A stretch of 51,481 bases of DNA, taken from Kiritimatiellia bacterium. GTDB taxonomy: Bacteria; Verrucomicrobiota; Kiritimatiellia; SLOV01. The notes beneath the pieces were generated by a model that had not been told where the DNA came from, did no database searches, and saw only the letters and a list, made by a program, of their open reading frames with translations. Where the stretch lies: the NCBI GenBank assembly GCA_007132345.1, contig SLOV01000044.1, positions 1 to 51,481 of the forward strand, in the 5' to 3' direction. Each line of letters opens with the position of its first letter. Position 1 is the stretch's first letter. Position numbers and translations under genes: made by a program. Shown here piece by piece: positions 1 to 9,549 of this stretch.

Positions 1-110
1 ACAACGCGTTCTGGATGGATGCTTGCCGGACGCGGAAGCGCGTCCGCTCCACCCGAAATTGTGCAAATCGATGAACGGAGCGGCTCGGCTTCTTGAGCCG
101 GATTCACCCT

Positions 111-1295
111 TCAGCAAATGGCTGCGAGGAAGCGGTCGACCCGTTCCGGATCCATCGGCACAGGGTTGCCGGACATACTGCTGCCCATCGACGCCTCCGC
201 GACCGCGAAGCGTTCCGCTGCAGAAAGCTTCAAGAAACGGAGGTCGGGCGGAATCCCCAGGCGACGGTTCAGGCTTTCGATCGCATCGATGCCGCGGTCG
301 ATGGTGTCGGGCATGACCTCCGATTCGTTCAGAAACCGACACAGGGCTTTGGCCAGGGTCTCTTCGCACGCCTCCCGATTGTAGCGCAGTGTGTGCGGCA
401 GAAGGATGCCACAAATGAGGCCATGCGCCAGGCCATGGCGCCCGCCCAGCCCGGAGGCAATGCCATGTGCAAGGGCCAGTCCTGAATTGGCGAGGCAGAC
501 CCCGCTGATGGCGCTGGCGAGGAGCATGGCGGCGCGGGCGTCGAGGTTGCGCGGCGTCCCGCAACAGCGGGGCAAGGCCTGGCGCACTTCGCCAAGGGCC
601 GTATGCGCCAGTCCGGTTGTGGCGGGCGTTCGCTTGATGGTGATACAGGATTCGATCAATTGCGTGATGGTATCCATGCCGCCCGCGGCGGTGACCGAAG
701 CCGGCGTGGTGCAGGTCAGTTCGGGGTCCAGGATGACGACGCGTGCCAGCATGCGCTCGTCGCGCATGCTTTTCTTGAACTTTCCGAGCGCCGAGCCAAG
801 CACGGCGTTCTTGGTCATTTCCGCGCCGGTACCCGCCGTGGTGGGAATCGCGATGAAGGGCAGGGGCATCTCGTGCAGCGTCCAGCCGCGGCCCACGCCT
901 TCGAGGTAGTCTTCGACCTGACCCTCGTTTGTCGCGAGGGCCGCGACGGCCTTGGCGGCGTCGATTACGCTGCCGCCGCCGAGTCCGACGACGAGGGCGG
1001 GTTCAAGTTGCCGCGCCGCTGCCGCCATGCGGTTAACCTGTTCCGCCGTGGGTTCGCCTGCAACGCCTTCGCCATGGTGCGTTTCGAAGCCTGCCCGCCG
1101 CAGCAGGAGCGTGACACGGTCGCGCGAACCGGAGCGCCCCGCGGATTTGCCGCCCGTGACGAGAAACGCCCGGCCAGCCCCGGCGAGGCTGGCCGCGTCT
1201 TCGGCAAGCCGGTCGAGCGAACCGGATCCGATTCGAGCCAGGGGCGGGGTCTTGAGGGCGGGATCAGCAATGGCGGAGAGCAGGGTTTGTTGCAT
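111..1295 (-). CDS. iron-containing (group III) alcohol dehydrogenase family oxidoreductase
   Basis: 394-aa ORF with ATG at 1293-1295. It has the GGGSVIDAAKAVA nucleotide-binding motif and a His-rich metal site (LAHGIASGLGGRHGLAHG) typical of Fe-ADH proteins. Confidence 0.85.
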   Translation of the reverse strand: MQQTLLSAIADPALKTPPLARIGSGSLDRLAEDAASLAGAGRAFLVTGGKSAGRSGSRDRVTLLLRRAGFETHHGEGVAGEPTAEQVNRMAAAARQLEPALVVGLGGGSVIDAAKAVAALATNEGQVEDYLEGVGRGWTLHEMPLPFIAIPTTAGTGAEMTKNAVLGSALGKFKKSMRDERMLARVVILDPELTCTTPASVTAAGGMDTITQLIESCITIKRTPATTGLAHTALGEVRQALPRCCGTPRNLDARAAMLLASAISGVCLANSGLALAHGIASGLGGRHGLAHGLICGILLPHTLRYNREACEETLAKALCRFLNESEVMPDTIDRGIDAIESLNRRLGIPPDLRFLKLSAAERFAVAEASMGSSMSGNPVPMDPERVDRFLAAIC

Positions 1296-1345
1296 GGAGA
1301 GGACTCGCGAAAATTGAAGTTACTTCACAAGCTTCGGAAATCAAC

Positions 1346-1499
1346 GGCTGGCCCACGGCCGCAATTCCCAGTATGGCCCGGAACGGTCCTTCGGGCCTGC
1401 TGAAGCAGGTACTTCGAACGGTTTTACGCCGGGTTTTCGCCCGTTTGTAGTCCCGCCTTTAGGCGGCAATGGCCATACTGAGAATGGCTGGCCCACGGC
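1346..1499. repeat. composite direct/inverted repeat in a non-coding spacer
   Basis: GGCTGGCCCACGGC occurs at 1346-1359 and 1486-1499 (direct). ATTCCCAGTATGGCC (1364-1378) is the 14/15 inverted match of GGCCATACTGAGAAT (1471-1485). Small hairpins CCTGCT-gaa-GCAGG and CCGCC-ttta-GGCGG lie in between. Confidence 0.5.
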
Positions 1500-1769
1500 A
1501 GGCAAGACATCTCAACTTGGATAGAGCAGTTGATTTGCATAGGAATTACATTTGACCGAACACGTAGTCGCCACTCTTACTCGGATACACTTGCTCGTAC
1601 ACCCCTAATCCCCTGTCCGCCGTCGCCCGATCGCGCCGGGGCGGAACCCGCTCATTCGATTGGTGGGCCTTGCGTTTTCGTTGGTCCCAGGATGTCGAGA
1701 TCCGTGCAAATCTTTCGGGCCATGATATCGCGGATCTCATACCCATCGTCACCTCATCATCCCCCAATA

Positions 1770-2192
1770 TCAGGATGTACGAACCGCCCCCTTCTCTCTG
1801 TTGCCTCCTTCTTCCCCCTCTTGTTGGCTTCCGTATCGGATGTGCCCTTCCCTGACTTTGAGTACCCGGCTGATCCTCTTCGCCATGTCGTCGGAATACG
1901 TGCGGCGACCTCGCTCGTAGTCGCTAATCATGTTCTGCCGAATCCCGAGCTTATCGGCGAGTTGGGACTGCGTCAGACCGGCCTTGAGGCGGGCACCCGC
2001 CAATAGGTTACCCACACGATTCTTCTCCATCTCCTTCCAGTATCCTGTGCTCTCGATGGAGACAAACTCGTCCTCCGGCTCTTCTGCGAGCACCGTGATC
2101 TCGAACTTCTTCTTGATCCAGTCAACAAGCTCATCCACGCGCTCGCCGTGGAGCGAAATCTCAATATGGGGCTTTTTCACGAGAGCCAACAT
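1770..2192 (-). CDS. XRE-family helix-turn-helix protein, HigA-like antitoxin candidate
   Basis: 140-aa ORF with ATG at 2190-2192. It carries a classic XRE HTH (LRGARLKAGLTQSQLADKLGIRQNMISDYERGRR-type) after an N-terminal about 60-aa domain. Its start overlaps the end of a toxin-like reading frame. Confidence 0.7.
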   Translation of the reverse strand: MLALVKKPHIEISLHGERVDELVDWIKKKFEITVLAEEPEDEFVSIESTGYWKEMEKNRVGNLLAGARLKAGLTQSQLADKLGIRQNMISDYERGRRTYSDDMAKRISRVLKVREGHIRYGSQQEGEEGGNREKGAVRTS

Positions 2193-2280
2193 AATACACC
2201 TCGATTACGATTTCCTTCTTTCTGCATGTCCAGCATGCCACATATCGGTAATTTATGCGGTCGTCATAAGCGAGACGAGC
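2161..2280 (-). pseudogene. C-terminal remnant of a RelE/ParE-superfamily-like toxin
   Basis: The frame ending at TGA 2161-2163 reads ...RLAYDDRINYRYVACWTCRKKEIVIEVYYVGSREKAPY. This resembles the last two strands and C-terminus of RelE/YoeB-type toxins. Everything upstream in this frame overlaps the Phd-like gene, so only about 40 aa remain. Confidence 0.3.
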
Positions 2281-2485
2281 CTGGCGGCTCCGGAGCACGA
2301 ACCGCACGGCGCGCCTTGGCAAAGAGTGCGTCCTGAATATCCTCCAACCACGTATCCTCGTTGGTGGCAAGCAGTACCCCTTCCGGCTGTCCATTCTTCG
2401 TGACCAACACCGCGCCCTCCCGCTTGAGCATTCTCCGCAACGCTGCGGGCCGCGCGGCCATTTGACGGGACGCAATCGTTTTCAT
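2264..2485 (-). CDS. Phd/YefM-type antitoxin-like protein
   Basis: ATG at 2483-2485 gives MKTIASRQMAARPAALRRMLKREGAVLVTKNGQPEGVLL..., an N-terminal pattern typical of prevent-host-death antitoxins. The track ORF begins at an upstream TTG (2494). The start lies 24 nt downstream of the RND pump stop. Confidence 0.55.
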   Translation of the reverse strand: MKTIASRQMAARPAALRRMLKREGAVLVTKNGQPEGVLLATNEDTWLEDIQDALFAKARRAVRAPEPPGSSRL

Positions 2486-2509
2486 GCTTAGCAATCAGTA
2501 CATTAATTC

Positions 2510-5500
2510 TCAGATCCCCGCGCCTTCCGGGGTGGCCGACACTTCGTATTCCGTATCCTCCAGGGCCGGGTCGACGGCGTGGAAGAAGGCCCGGACATCT
2601 TCCACGATCTTGTAGAGCGCGGGGACGAGGATCAGGTTGATCAGGGTGGCGAAGAGCAGCCCGTAGCCGAGTGAGATGGCCATGGGGATGAGAAAGCGGG
2701 CCTGCCGAGAGGTCTCGAAGATCATGGGCGCGAGCCCGCCGAAGGTGGAGAGCGTGGTGAGCAGGATGGGCCGGAAGCGCTGAACGCCTGCGGAAACAAT
2801 GGCGTCGTGTACCGACATGCCTTTACGCCGCTGGCGATTGGCGAAGTCGATGAGCACGAGGGAGTCGTTCACGACCACGCCGCACAAAGCGAGCATGCCG
2901 AGGAAGCCGATGAGGCTGAGGGAATAGCCCATGATTAAGTGACCGATCACCGCGCCGACAAAGCCGAACGGAATGGCGGAAAGAATGATGAGCGGCTGAA
3001 TATAGCTGCGAAAAGGGATGGCGAGCAGGGCATAGATCGCCAGGAGGGAGAGGGGAATCATGCGGTAGAGCAGGATGCCCATGGAACGGCGATCCTCGGC
3101 CTGCCGCCCTTCGTAGGAGTAGGCCAGCCCCGGGAAGCGGTCCAGCAGTTCGGGCATGATTTCCGTGTCGAGCACGGTCATGACCTGCCCGGCCTGCGGC
3201 CTGGGATTGACGTCGGCGCTGACGGTCACCGTTCTGGCGCCATCGCGCCGGTTGATGGTGGTGTAGGCGCGGCCGCGCTCGTAGACGACCACCTCGCGCA
3301 GCGGCACCTCGGCCCCGGACGGCGTGCGCAGCATGAGTTCCTCAAGGCTATGCTCCACGCGCCGGTCTTCGAGCGGGAGCCGAACAAAGGTGCGCACCTC
3401 GTGCCGGCCCCGTTGCTGCCTGACGACCTCGACGCCGAAAAAGGCATGCCGCACCTGCCGCGCCACCTCCAGGGCGGTCAGGCCAACGGCTTCGCCTTCC
3501 GGTGTGATCCGGAAATCGATCTGGGGCTTGCCGGGCTGGAAGCCGGAATCGATATCCAGCACATTCGGGAAGGTGCTGAGCTCATCGGCGACAGCGGCGC
3601 TGGCCGCTTCGAGGACACGGATATCGGGATGGCGCAACTCCAGGGTAAGCGCTGCACCGCCGCCCGGGCCGCCGCGGTCCGACATCAGGCGAAGGCTGTC
3701 CACACCGGGTGTCGGCCCGACCCGGCTGCGCCATTCCTCGACAAAGGCCGCCGTGCTGAGTGTGCGCTCCCGCACGGCCGGTTCGGCGAGCTGGACGCGC
3801 ACCGAGGCGCGGTGGCTGCCGCCATCGCCGACGTTGACAAAGATGCCCTTCACCAGCTCGTTGTGGCCGGTCTCTTCCACCACCTTGCGCGCGGCATCGA
3901 ACAATTGGTCGGCCACGCGATGGGTATCCTCCACTGCCGCGCCGAAGGGTAGGGTGATGTCGGCGAAGGCGAAGTCGGACTCGACCCGCGGGAAGGGCTG
4001 GAACCCCATGCGTCCACTTCGCACGTAGCCCAGCGTCAGCGTCAACAGGCTGACGGCGATGAGAACGACCACCATGGGATGTGCAATGACGCGGTCGAGA
4101 AAGGGCGCGTATCGACGCCGCACCCAACTGGTGAAGGCATGCGAGAAAGCCTGTTGCCGGGCATGCAGCCAGTGGCGGAAGCCGCGCAGCTCTCGATCGC
4201 GCTGATGGCCGAGATGTGCCGGCAACACGAAGAGGGACTCGATCAGTGAAACGAAGAAGGCCGCAATGACCACGAGCGGGATCATGCTGAAGATCTTTCC
4301 GGTCACACCTGGCAGCACCAGCAACGGCGCAAAGGCCACCATGTTGGTGATGACGCTGAAGGTGACCGGCACGGCCACCTCGCGCGCGCCGAGGATCGCG
4401 GCCTGGCGGAACGGCAGTCCTTCCTGGTGGTGGTGATAGATGTTCTCCCCCACCACGATGGCGTCGTCGACCACGATGCCCAGGGCAATGAGGTACGCGA
4501 ACATGGAGACCATGTTGATGGAAACGCCGAGCCCCGGCACCAAGAGCATAGAGCCGAGGAAAGAGATGGGGATGCCCAGCATCACCCAGAAGGCGAGGCG
4601 CATTTCGAGAAAGATGCCGAGCAAGGTGAAGACAACGATCAGCCCGATGGCCCCGTTCTTGAGCAATAGATTGGCGCGCTGCTGGAAGATCACCGACCAG
4701 TCATTGAGCACGGCGAGTTGAATGCCCTCCGGCAGGGATTCCTGCAGGAGGTCCACCTGCTCGCGGGCGGCGGCGGCGACACTGGCCGGCGTCTGGTCGC
4801 CCACGCGGAAGATTTCGAGCATGACGGCGGGCTGCCCGTCGAAAGAGGCGGAGCGGTCGTCTTCGGCGAACTCGTCGCGCACTTCGGCGATGTCGCCGAG
4901 CAGCACCTGCGTTCCGTCGGGGGCAATGAGAATGGGCGTGCGGGCAAACTCCTCGCCGAAGTCGCGCCGCTCCGTCATGCGCACGAGCACCTCGCCGCCG
5001 CGGGTGCGGATGCCGCCCGCCGGCAGGTCGGTCGACGCCTGACGCAGCCGGGCAGCGATTTGCTCAAGGGTCAGACCATGCCGACGAAGCTGTTCCTGGG
5101 GCACCTCGATGCTGATCTCGAGGCGCGGCAGACCGTTGACCTCCACCTGGGTGATTTCCGGGTCTTCGAGAAGCTGCCGCCGCACCAGCTCGGCAAGCTC
5201 GTGGAGCACCAGGCGTTCGGCCGGCCCGTAGAGAACCAACTCGATGACCCGCCTGCGCCGCGAGTCGATGGAGACCTCCGGTTGTTCGGCATCCACCGGA
5301 AAGGTCGTGATGCTGTCGACACGACTTTGAATGTCCTGCGCAAGCTGTTGCAGGTCACCGCCGCGGAGCATCTCGATCCGTACGCGGCCGAAGCCCTCGC
5401 CCGCGGTGGAGATCACCTCTTTGATGTCGTCGATCTCTGCGACGGCCTCCTCGATGGCGAGCACGATGCCCTGTTCCACTTCTTCAGGACTGGCCCCAGG

Positions 5501-5677
5501 GTAGGCGACGCTGACTGTTACGGTGTCGAGATCGAAGTTGGGGAATACCTCCTGGCGGATGTTCAGGAAGCTGACGAATCCGCCGCCCAATAACGCCGCC
5601 ATGAGGATATTCGCCGCGACGATATTGCGGGCCATCCACGAAATAGGGCCGCGCGCCTGTGCAGGGTCCTGATTCAT
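2510..5677 (-). CDS. RND efflux transporter permease subunit (AcrB/HAE family)
   Basis: 1055-aa ORF with 12-TM RND architecture and two large periplasmic loops. The ATGA start/stop overlaps the upstream MFP gene. Confidence 0.95.
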   Translation of the reverse strand: MNQDPAQARGPISWMARNIVAANILMAALLGGGFVSFLNIRQEVFPNFDLDTVTVSVAYPGASPEEVEQGIVLAIEEAVAEIDDIKEVISTAGEGFGRVRIEMLRGGDLQQLAQDIQSRVDSITTFPVDAEQPEVSIDSRRRRVIELVLYGPAERLVLHELAELVRRQLLEDPEITQVEVNGLPRLEISIEVPQEQLRRHGLTLEQIAARLRQASTDLPAGGIRTRGGEVLVRMTERRDFGEEFARTPILIAPDGTQVLLGDIAEVRDEFAEDDRSASFDGQPAVMLEIFRVGDQTPASVAAAAREQVDLLQESLPEGIQLAVLNDWSVIFQQRANLLLKNGAIGLIVVFTLLGIFLEMRLAFWVMLGIPISFLGSMLLVPGLGVSINMVSMFAYLIALGIVVDDAIVVGENIYHHHQEGLPFRQAAILGAREVAVPVTFSVITNMVAFAPLLVLPGVTGKIFSMIPLVVIAAFFVSLIESLFVLPAHLGHQRDRELRGFRHWLHARQQAFSHAFTSWVRRRYAPFLDRVIAHPMVVVLIAVSLLTLTLGYVRSGRMGFQPFPRVESDFAFADITLPFGAAVEDTHRVADQLFDAARKVVEETGHNELVKGIFVNVGDGGSHRASVRVQLAEPAVRERTLSTAAFVEEWRSRVGPTPGVDSLRLMSDRGGPGGGAALTLELRHPDIRVLEAASAAVADELSTFPNVLDIDSGFQPGKPQIDFRITPEGEAVGLTALEVARQVRHAFFGVEVVRQQRGRHEVRTFVRLPLEDRRVEHSLEELMLRTPSGAEVPLREVVVYERGRAYTTINRRDGARTVTVSADVNPRPQAGQVMTVLDTEIMPELLDRFPGLAYSYEGRQAEDRRSMGILLYRMIPLSLLAIYALLAIPFRSYIQPLIILSAIPFGFVGAVIGHLIMGYSLSLIGFLGMLALCGVVVNDSLVLIDFANRQRRKGMSVHDAIVSAGVQRFRPILLTTLSTFGGLAPMIFETSRQARFLIPMAISLGYGLLFATLINLILVPALYKIVEDVRAFFHAVDPALEDTEYEVSATPEGAGI

Positions 5678-6933
5678 GGCTGTTCCTCCCGTTCCGCCCC
5701 GGCAGCCGCGTCCGAATCGGAGATGCGCAGGCTCATGCCTTCGACCGGCGTTCCGAGTGCGGAGACAATCAGGCGGTCGCCGGGTTGAAGGCCATCACGG
5801 ATCAGGGCAAACTCCGCGCCGGTCCAGACGGGCTCAACGCTGCGAATCCGCAGGGCATCCTCCTCGTCGGCCAGCCAGATCCGCCGATCGGCCCGGAGAG
5901 CCTCCCGCGGAATCCGGTAGACGTCGCGCACGGTGCGCCCTTCGATTGAGATCCGGACGAACTCTCCGATTAAGAGCGGCGCGGGGTCCTCTTCGGAATC
6001 GAGCAGGAGCGGATCGCGTACCTCCACCAGAATGCGGGCCAAGCGTCCGCCGGGTTCGAGGTCACCGAGCAGGCGCAACACGCTCCCATGGCGCGGTGCG
6101 CCCAGGGTGCCCTTGACGGTGACGTCCGAACCTTCGCTGCCGCCAGGAGTGGGAAGGGTGATCCAACGCAGGCGGTCCATCGGCACGGTGGCGCGCACCC
6201 AGAAGGTGTCGGTGGCACAGAGGGTGCCGAGCGGGGTCTGGCTGCGGGCCAGGTCGCCGACTTGCGCGTCGGCGCGCAGCACGACAACATCGAATGGGGC
6301 GCGCACCTGGGTCCGTTCGAGTGCCAGTTTGGCGGCGTCCAGGTCAGCTTTGGCGGTGGCCAGTGCGGCTTGCAGGTTGCGTAACTGGGGCTGGCGCGTG
6401 GCCAGTTCGCGCTCGAGTTCGCTGGCTTCCGAGTCGGCGCCGAGCAGTTCCCATTCGCGGCGGGCGACCGCTTGCTGTCCTTCTTCGAGCCGCAGATTGT
6501 TGCGGGCGCTTTCCACTCGCGCCTCCATGCGCACAACGTCGAGTTCGAAGTCGCGCGGGTCAATGGTCACGATGGTTTCGCCTTTTGATATGAACCCGCC
6601 TTCTACGAAATCCGGATGAATCGCGACAATCTCGCCCTGCACCTGCGCAAAGAGTTGAACCTCGCGGGCCGGCACCACCGTTCCCATGGCGGGCACATGG
6701 ATCGTTTCGTCGGTTGGCGTCAATGCCTGCACTTCGACCATGGGCACGAGCCTGGGCGGCGGGCGGCGTTCCGGGCGGGTGGTGAACCTGACCATGGCCC
6801 AGGAGCCGAGGAAAGAGAGGGCGAGCACCGCGATGCCGATAAGGGTGAGTACTCGACCCCGGCCTTTCGGTTCCGGCTTCGTGCCGTTGGGCGATGGGTG
6901 GAGGGGCTTTGCGGGTTTGCCAGGCTTGGTCAT
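5674..6933 (-). CDS. RND efflux periplasmic adaptor (MFP/HlyD family)
   Basis: 419 aa with an N-terminal TM anchor, a coiled-coil hairpin (LQAALATAKADLDAAKLALERTQVRAPFDG-like) and a beta-barrel C-terminus. It is translationally coupled to both neighbours. Confidence 0.9.
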   Translation of the reverse strand: MTKPGKPAKPLHPSPNGTKPEPKGRGRVLTLIGIAVLALSFLGSWAMVRFTTRPERRPPPRLVPMVEVQALTPTDETIHVPAMGTVVPAREVQLFAQVQGEIVAIHPDFVEGGFISKGETIVTIDPRDFELDVVRMEARVESARNNLRLEEGQQAVARREWELLGADSEASELERELATRQPQLRNLQAALATAKADLDAAKLALERTQVRAPFDVVVLRADAQVGDLARSQTPLGTLCATDTFWVRATVPMDRLRWITLPTPGGSEGSDVTVKGTLGAPRHGSVLRLLGDLEPGGRLARILVEVRDPLLLDSEEDPAPLLIGEFVRISIEGRTVRDVYRIPREALRADRRIWLADEEDALRIRSVEPVWTGAEFALIRDGLQPGDRLIVSALGTPVEGMSLRISDSDAAAGAEREEQP

Positions 6934-8384
6934 GAAGGGTCTCCGGAATCGGCGGGTTGCTCGGTGGCGAGTGGCGCTTGTGGCCAGGCGCCCCCCAGGG
7001 CGCGCAGCAGGGCAACGCGGGAGCGCAGTCGATCGGCGCGGGCCTGCACCAGGCCGCGTTCGGCGGCCTGCATGTTGAATTCGGCGGTGAGGACGGGGAG
7101 AAAATCGGTGAGTCCGTTGCGATACCGCTCCATGGCTTCCCGATAGGTGAGGCGGGAGGCATCCAGTTGTGCGGCCAGGGCGGCCTCGAACTCAGCCTGT
7201 TTCCGTTCCTGCACGAGAGCACCTTCCACCTCCAGGAAGGCCTGCAGGACGACGGCCCGGTATGCCGCCAGCCGCTCGTCCACGACGGCGCGTGCGCGAT
7301 CCGCTTCGGCGCGGCGGCGGCCAGCGTCGAAGACTGGTCCGGTAAGGGAGGCGGCGAGGGAGCCGATCCAGTCATCGAAGAGCGAAGAGAGTTGTTCGTC
7401 GCTATATTGGGCAAGTCCGGTGAGGCGAAGGGCGGGCAGCCGCTCGGCGCGCGCCGCGCTGAGGCGCCAGTCGGCGGAGGATAACCGGAGTTGCGCGGCG
7501 CGCACGTCGGGCCGTCGTTCCAAAAGTTCCGCGGGCAGGCCGGTGGGCGGCATGGGCGCTGACTCGGGCAGGAGGCGCAACACGGACTCCACGCTGCTGC
7601 GCGGCGGGCGGCCGGCGAGCACCGCAAGCTCGTGCAGGAGGGTTTGCTTGCGGGCTTCTTCGAGCGGGATCAACGCTTCGGTGCGCGCCACGGCTTCGCG
7701 CTGCTGGAAAACGTCGACGGCGCTGGCCCGCGCCTGGCGGAAGCGGAGTTCGGTGAGTTCGAGGACGCGGCGATTGCCCTCCAACTGGCGGGCCAGAACG
7801 TCCAGCGCCTGGCGCTGGGCGACCAGGGCGATCCAGCGGGTTGCGACCTCGGCGGCCACGGAAATGGCTGCGGCGTCGAGATCCTCGGCGCTGGCCTCGC
7901 GCTGCAGGGCGGCGGCCTCCGCGACGGAGCGCACCCGGCCCCACAGATCGAGTTCGTAGGCGCTGGCCAGGCCGATGCTGTAGGACTCGCGGGTTCGAAT
8001 CGATTCGGTGCCGGTCGCTGCGGGTAGCCGTTGCCGTGCCACGCCGGCGCCGCCTTCGAGGCGCAGATCGGGTAGGCGCGCGGCACCTTGCACCACGGCC
8101 TCGGCGCGCGCCTGTTCCAGCCGGGCGCGCGCCTGGGCAAGCGTCAGGTTTCCGTCGAGCGCCTGCTCGACCAGGGCGTCCAGCTCCGGTGCGCCGAGCA
8201 GTTCCCACCAACGGTCGGCTGGTGCTTCCGCCGCGGCGCCATCGGTAAAGGCATCGGGCACATCCGCCAGGTCGGAGTGTGATCGCGGAGCGGGTGCATA
8301 GATGGCGCAGGAGGCCTGAAGTATCAGCAGAGGAAGCAGGCAGAGCGCGCGGCGGCGGCCGGATCTACAGCAATCAAAATACAT
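6930..8384 (-). CDS. outer membrane efflux factor, NodT/TolC-family lipoprotein
   Basis: 484 aa with a lipobox-like LILQASC near the N-terminus and duplicated OEP repeats (DLWGRVR, RAALLRALGGAW-type C-terminus). Confidence 0.9.
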   Translation of the reverse strand: MYFDCCRSGRRRALCLLPLLILQASCAIYAPAPRSHSDLADVPDAFTDGAAAEAPADRWWELLGAPELDALVEQALDGNLTLAQARARLEQARAEAVVQGAARLPDLRLEGGAGVARQRLPAATGTESIRTRESYSIGLASAYELDLWGRVRSVAEAAALQREASAEDLDAAAISVAAEVATRWIALVAQRQALDVLARQLEGNRRVLELTELRFRQARASAVDVFQQREAVARTEALIPLEEARKQTLLHELAVLAGRPPRSSVESVLRLLPESAPMPPTGLPAELLERRPDVRAAQLRLSSADWRLSAARAERLPALRLTGLAQYSDEQLSSLFDDWIGSLAASLTGPVFDAGRRRAEADRARAVVDERLAAYRAVVLQAFLEVEGALVQERKQAEFEAALAAQLDASRLTYREAMERYRNGLTDFLPVLTAEFNMQAAERGLVQARADRLRSRVALLRALGGAWPQAPLATEQPADSGDPS

Positions 8385-8435
8385 AGACTTAGATTCTCAC
8401 GTTCCTGCATCGAACCCTAATCGAATGCCTTACGG

Positions 8436-9431
8436 TTATCCGCCGATTTCCGACATGACGCGGTGGCGTGGAAAGTCGTCTCTCGCCAGCTCGTGGCCCC
8501 ATGGTTTGTGCCAGATGGCCTCGGAGATACTGGCCTGGATCGTCCGGTCGCTGACGCCGGTGCGCAGGAGGGAGAGCACGTCGAGTTCGCGGTCCTTCAG
8601 CAGGCAGAGACGCAACTTGCCGTCGGGCGTGAGGCGCGCCCGGTTGCAGGCGGCACAGAAGGGTTTTGTGACGGAGCTGATAAAGCCCAACGAACCCTTG
8701 GCGCCTTCGATGCGGTACATGCATGCTTCGCCGTCCAGCCGTCCGTCGTCGAGCAGGGTCAGCGGGCCGAGGGCCTCGCTGATGGTTTGCCGGAGTTCCG
8801 ACTCGGAGACGATATGGCTTCGCTGAAAATCGGCTACACTGCCGAATGGCATGACTTCAATAAAGCGCACCTGCCACGGGTTCTCAATGGTGAGGCGGGC
8901 GAGGTCGACGACATCGGCCCGGTCGTTGTAGTTGCGGACAACCACCGCGTTGATCTTGATGCCCAGTCCTGCCTGCCGGGCGGCATCGAGTCCGGCCAGG
9001 ACATCCTCCAGGTTGCCCCAGCGCGTCATTTTGCGGAACCGGAGCGGGTCCAGTGTATCGATACTGACATTCACGCGTTGCAAGCCTGCCTTCTGAAGCG
9101 GACGCGAGAGATGCTTGAGGAGAACGCCATTCGTGGTGAGGGCCACCGCCTCGACGCCGGGCGTTCGCACGATGCCTTCGACAATGCCGGTGACATTTTC
9201 CCGGATCAACGGTTCTCCCCCCGTGAGGCGGAATTTGCGGAAGCCCATCTCCGCGAAGAGTCGGACCAGGTGCAGGACTTCGTCGTCTTGAAGCAGGTCC
9301 TCGGATGGGCGAAAGCGCATATCCTCCGGCATGCAATAGACACAGCGCAGGTTGCACATGTCTGTGAGGGAGATGCGCAGATAGTCGATACGGCGTCCGT
9401 AGCGGTCGGTGACGTTGGTGGAAGCAATCAT
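8436..9431 (-). CDS. moaA: GTP 3',8-cyclase MoaA (radical SAM, molybdenum cofactor biosynthesis)
   Basis: 331 aa with the CNLRCVYCMP radical-SAM cluster motif, the C-terminal CxxC(13)C second-cluster region (FCAACNRARLTPDGKLRLCL) and a GG tail. Confidence 0.92.
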   Translation of the reverse strand: MIASTNVTDRYGRRIDYLRISLTDMCNLRCVYCMPEDMRFRPSEDLLQDDEVLHLVRLFAEMGFRKFRLTGGEPLIRENVTGIVEGIVRTPGVEAVALTTNGVLLKHLSRPLQKAGLQRVNVSIDTLDPLRFRKMTRWGNLEDVLAGLDAARQAGLGIKINAVVVRNYNDRADVVDLARLTIENPWQVRFIEVMPFGSVADFQRSHIVSESELRQTISEALGPLTLLDDGRLDGEACMYRIEGAKGSLGFISSVTKPFCAACNRARLTPDGKLRLCLLKDRELDVLSLLRTGVSDRTIQASISEAIWHKPWGHELARDDFPRHRVMSEIGG

Positions 9432-9518
9432 AATTTGTCGGCAATCGAAAGATAAGGATAGCCTCTCGTGGGTGGGGCATCAAGGCCGCCGCAGGCCGCT
9501 TCTGGCCGTTCTCATTCA

Positions 9519-9549
9519 CCCGCGACGCAAGGTCGCGGGGGTTTTTCTT
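9519..9549 (+). terminator. orphan intrinsic-terminator-like hairpin (plus-strand orientation)
   Basis: CCCGCGAC-gcaag-GTCGCGGG (9519-9539) is followed by GG TTTTT CTT. No plus-strand gene ends here, because both flanking genes are on the minus strand. Confidence 0.3.

Noticed and set aside
1546-1767. The 73-aa minus-strand ORF downstream of the XRE gene, and an alternate frame reading YEIRDIMARKICTDLDILGPTKTQGPPIE.
   Set aside because: There are no recognisable motifs. The alternate frame is closed by two stops immediately upstream and has only a 23-codon ATG-initiated ORF. I treated it as non-coding or a degraded remnant.
7985-8000. A GGTTCGAATC string resembling a tRNA T-arm.
   Set aside because: It lies inside the OMF coding region with no acceptor or anticodon arms around it. 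No tRNA-like cloverleaf was found in any intergenic spacer.
7402-8211. Multiple 130-350-aa ORFs in other frames across both efflux operons, lpxB, mfd and the permease genes (for example 6560-7627 -, 7147-7959 +, 24308-26017 +, 48236-48961 -).
   Set aside because: They are extremely Arg/Pro/Ala/Gly-rich products that overlap confidently assigned genes. This is the expected frame-shadow artefact of GC-rich DNA.
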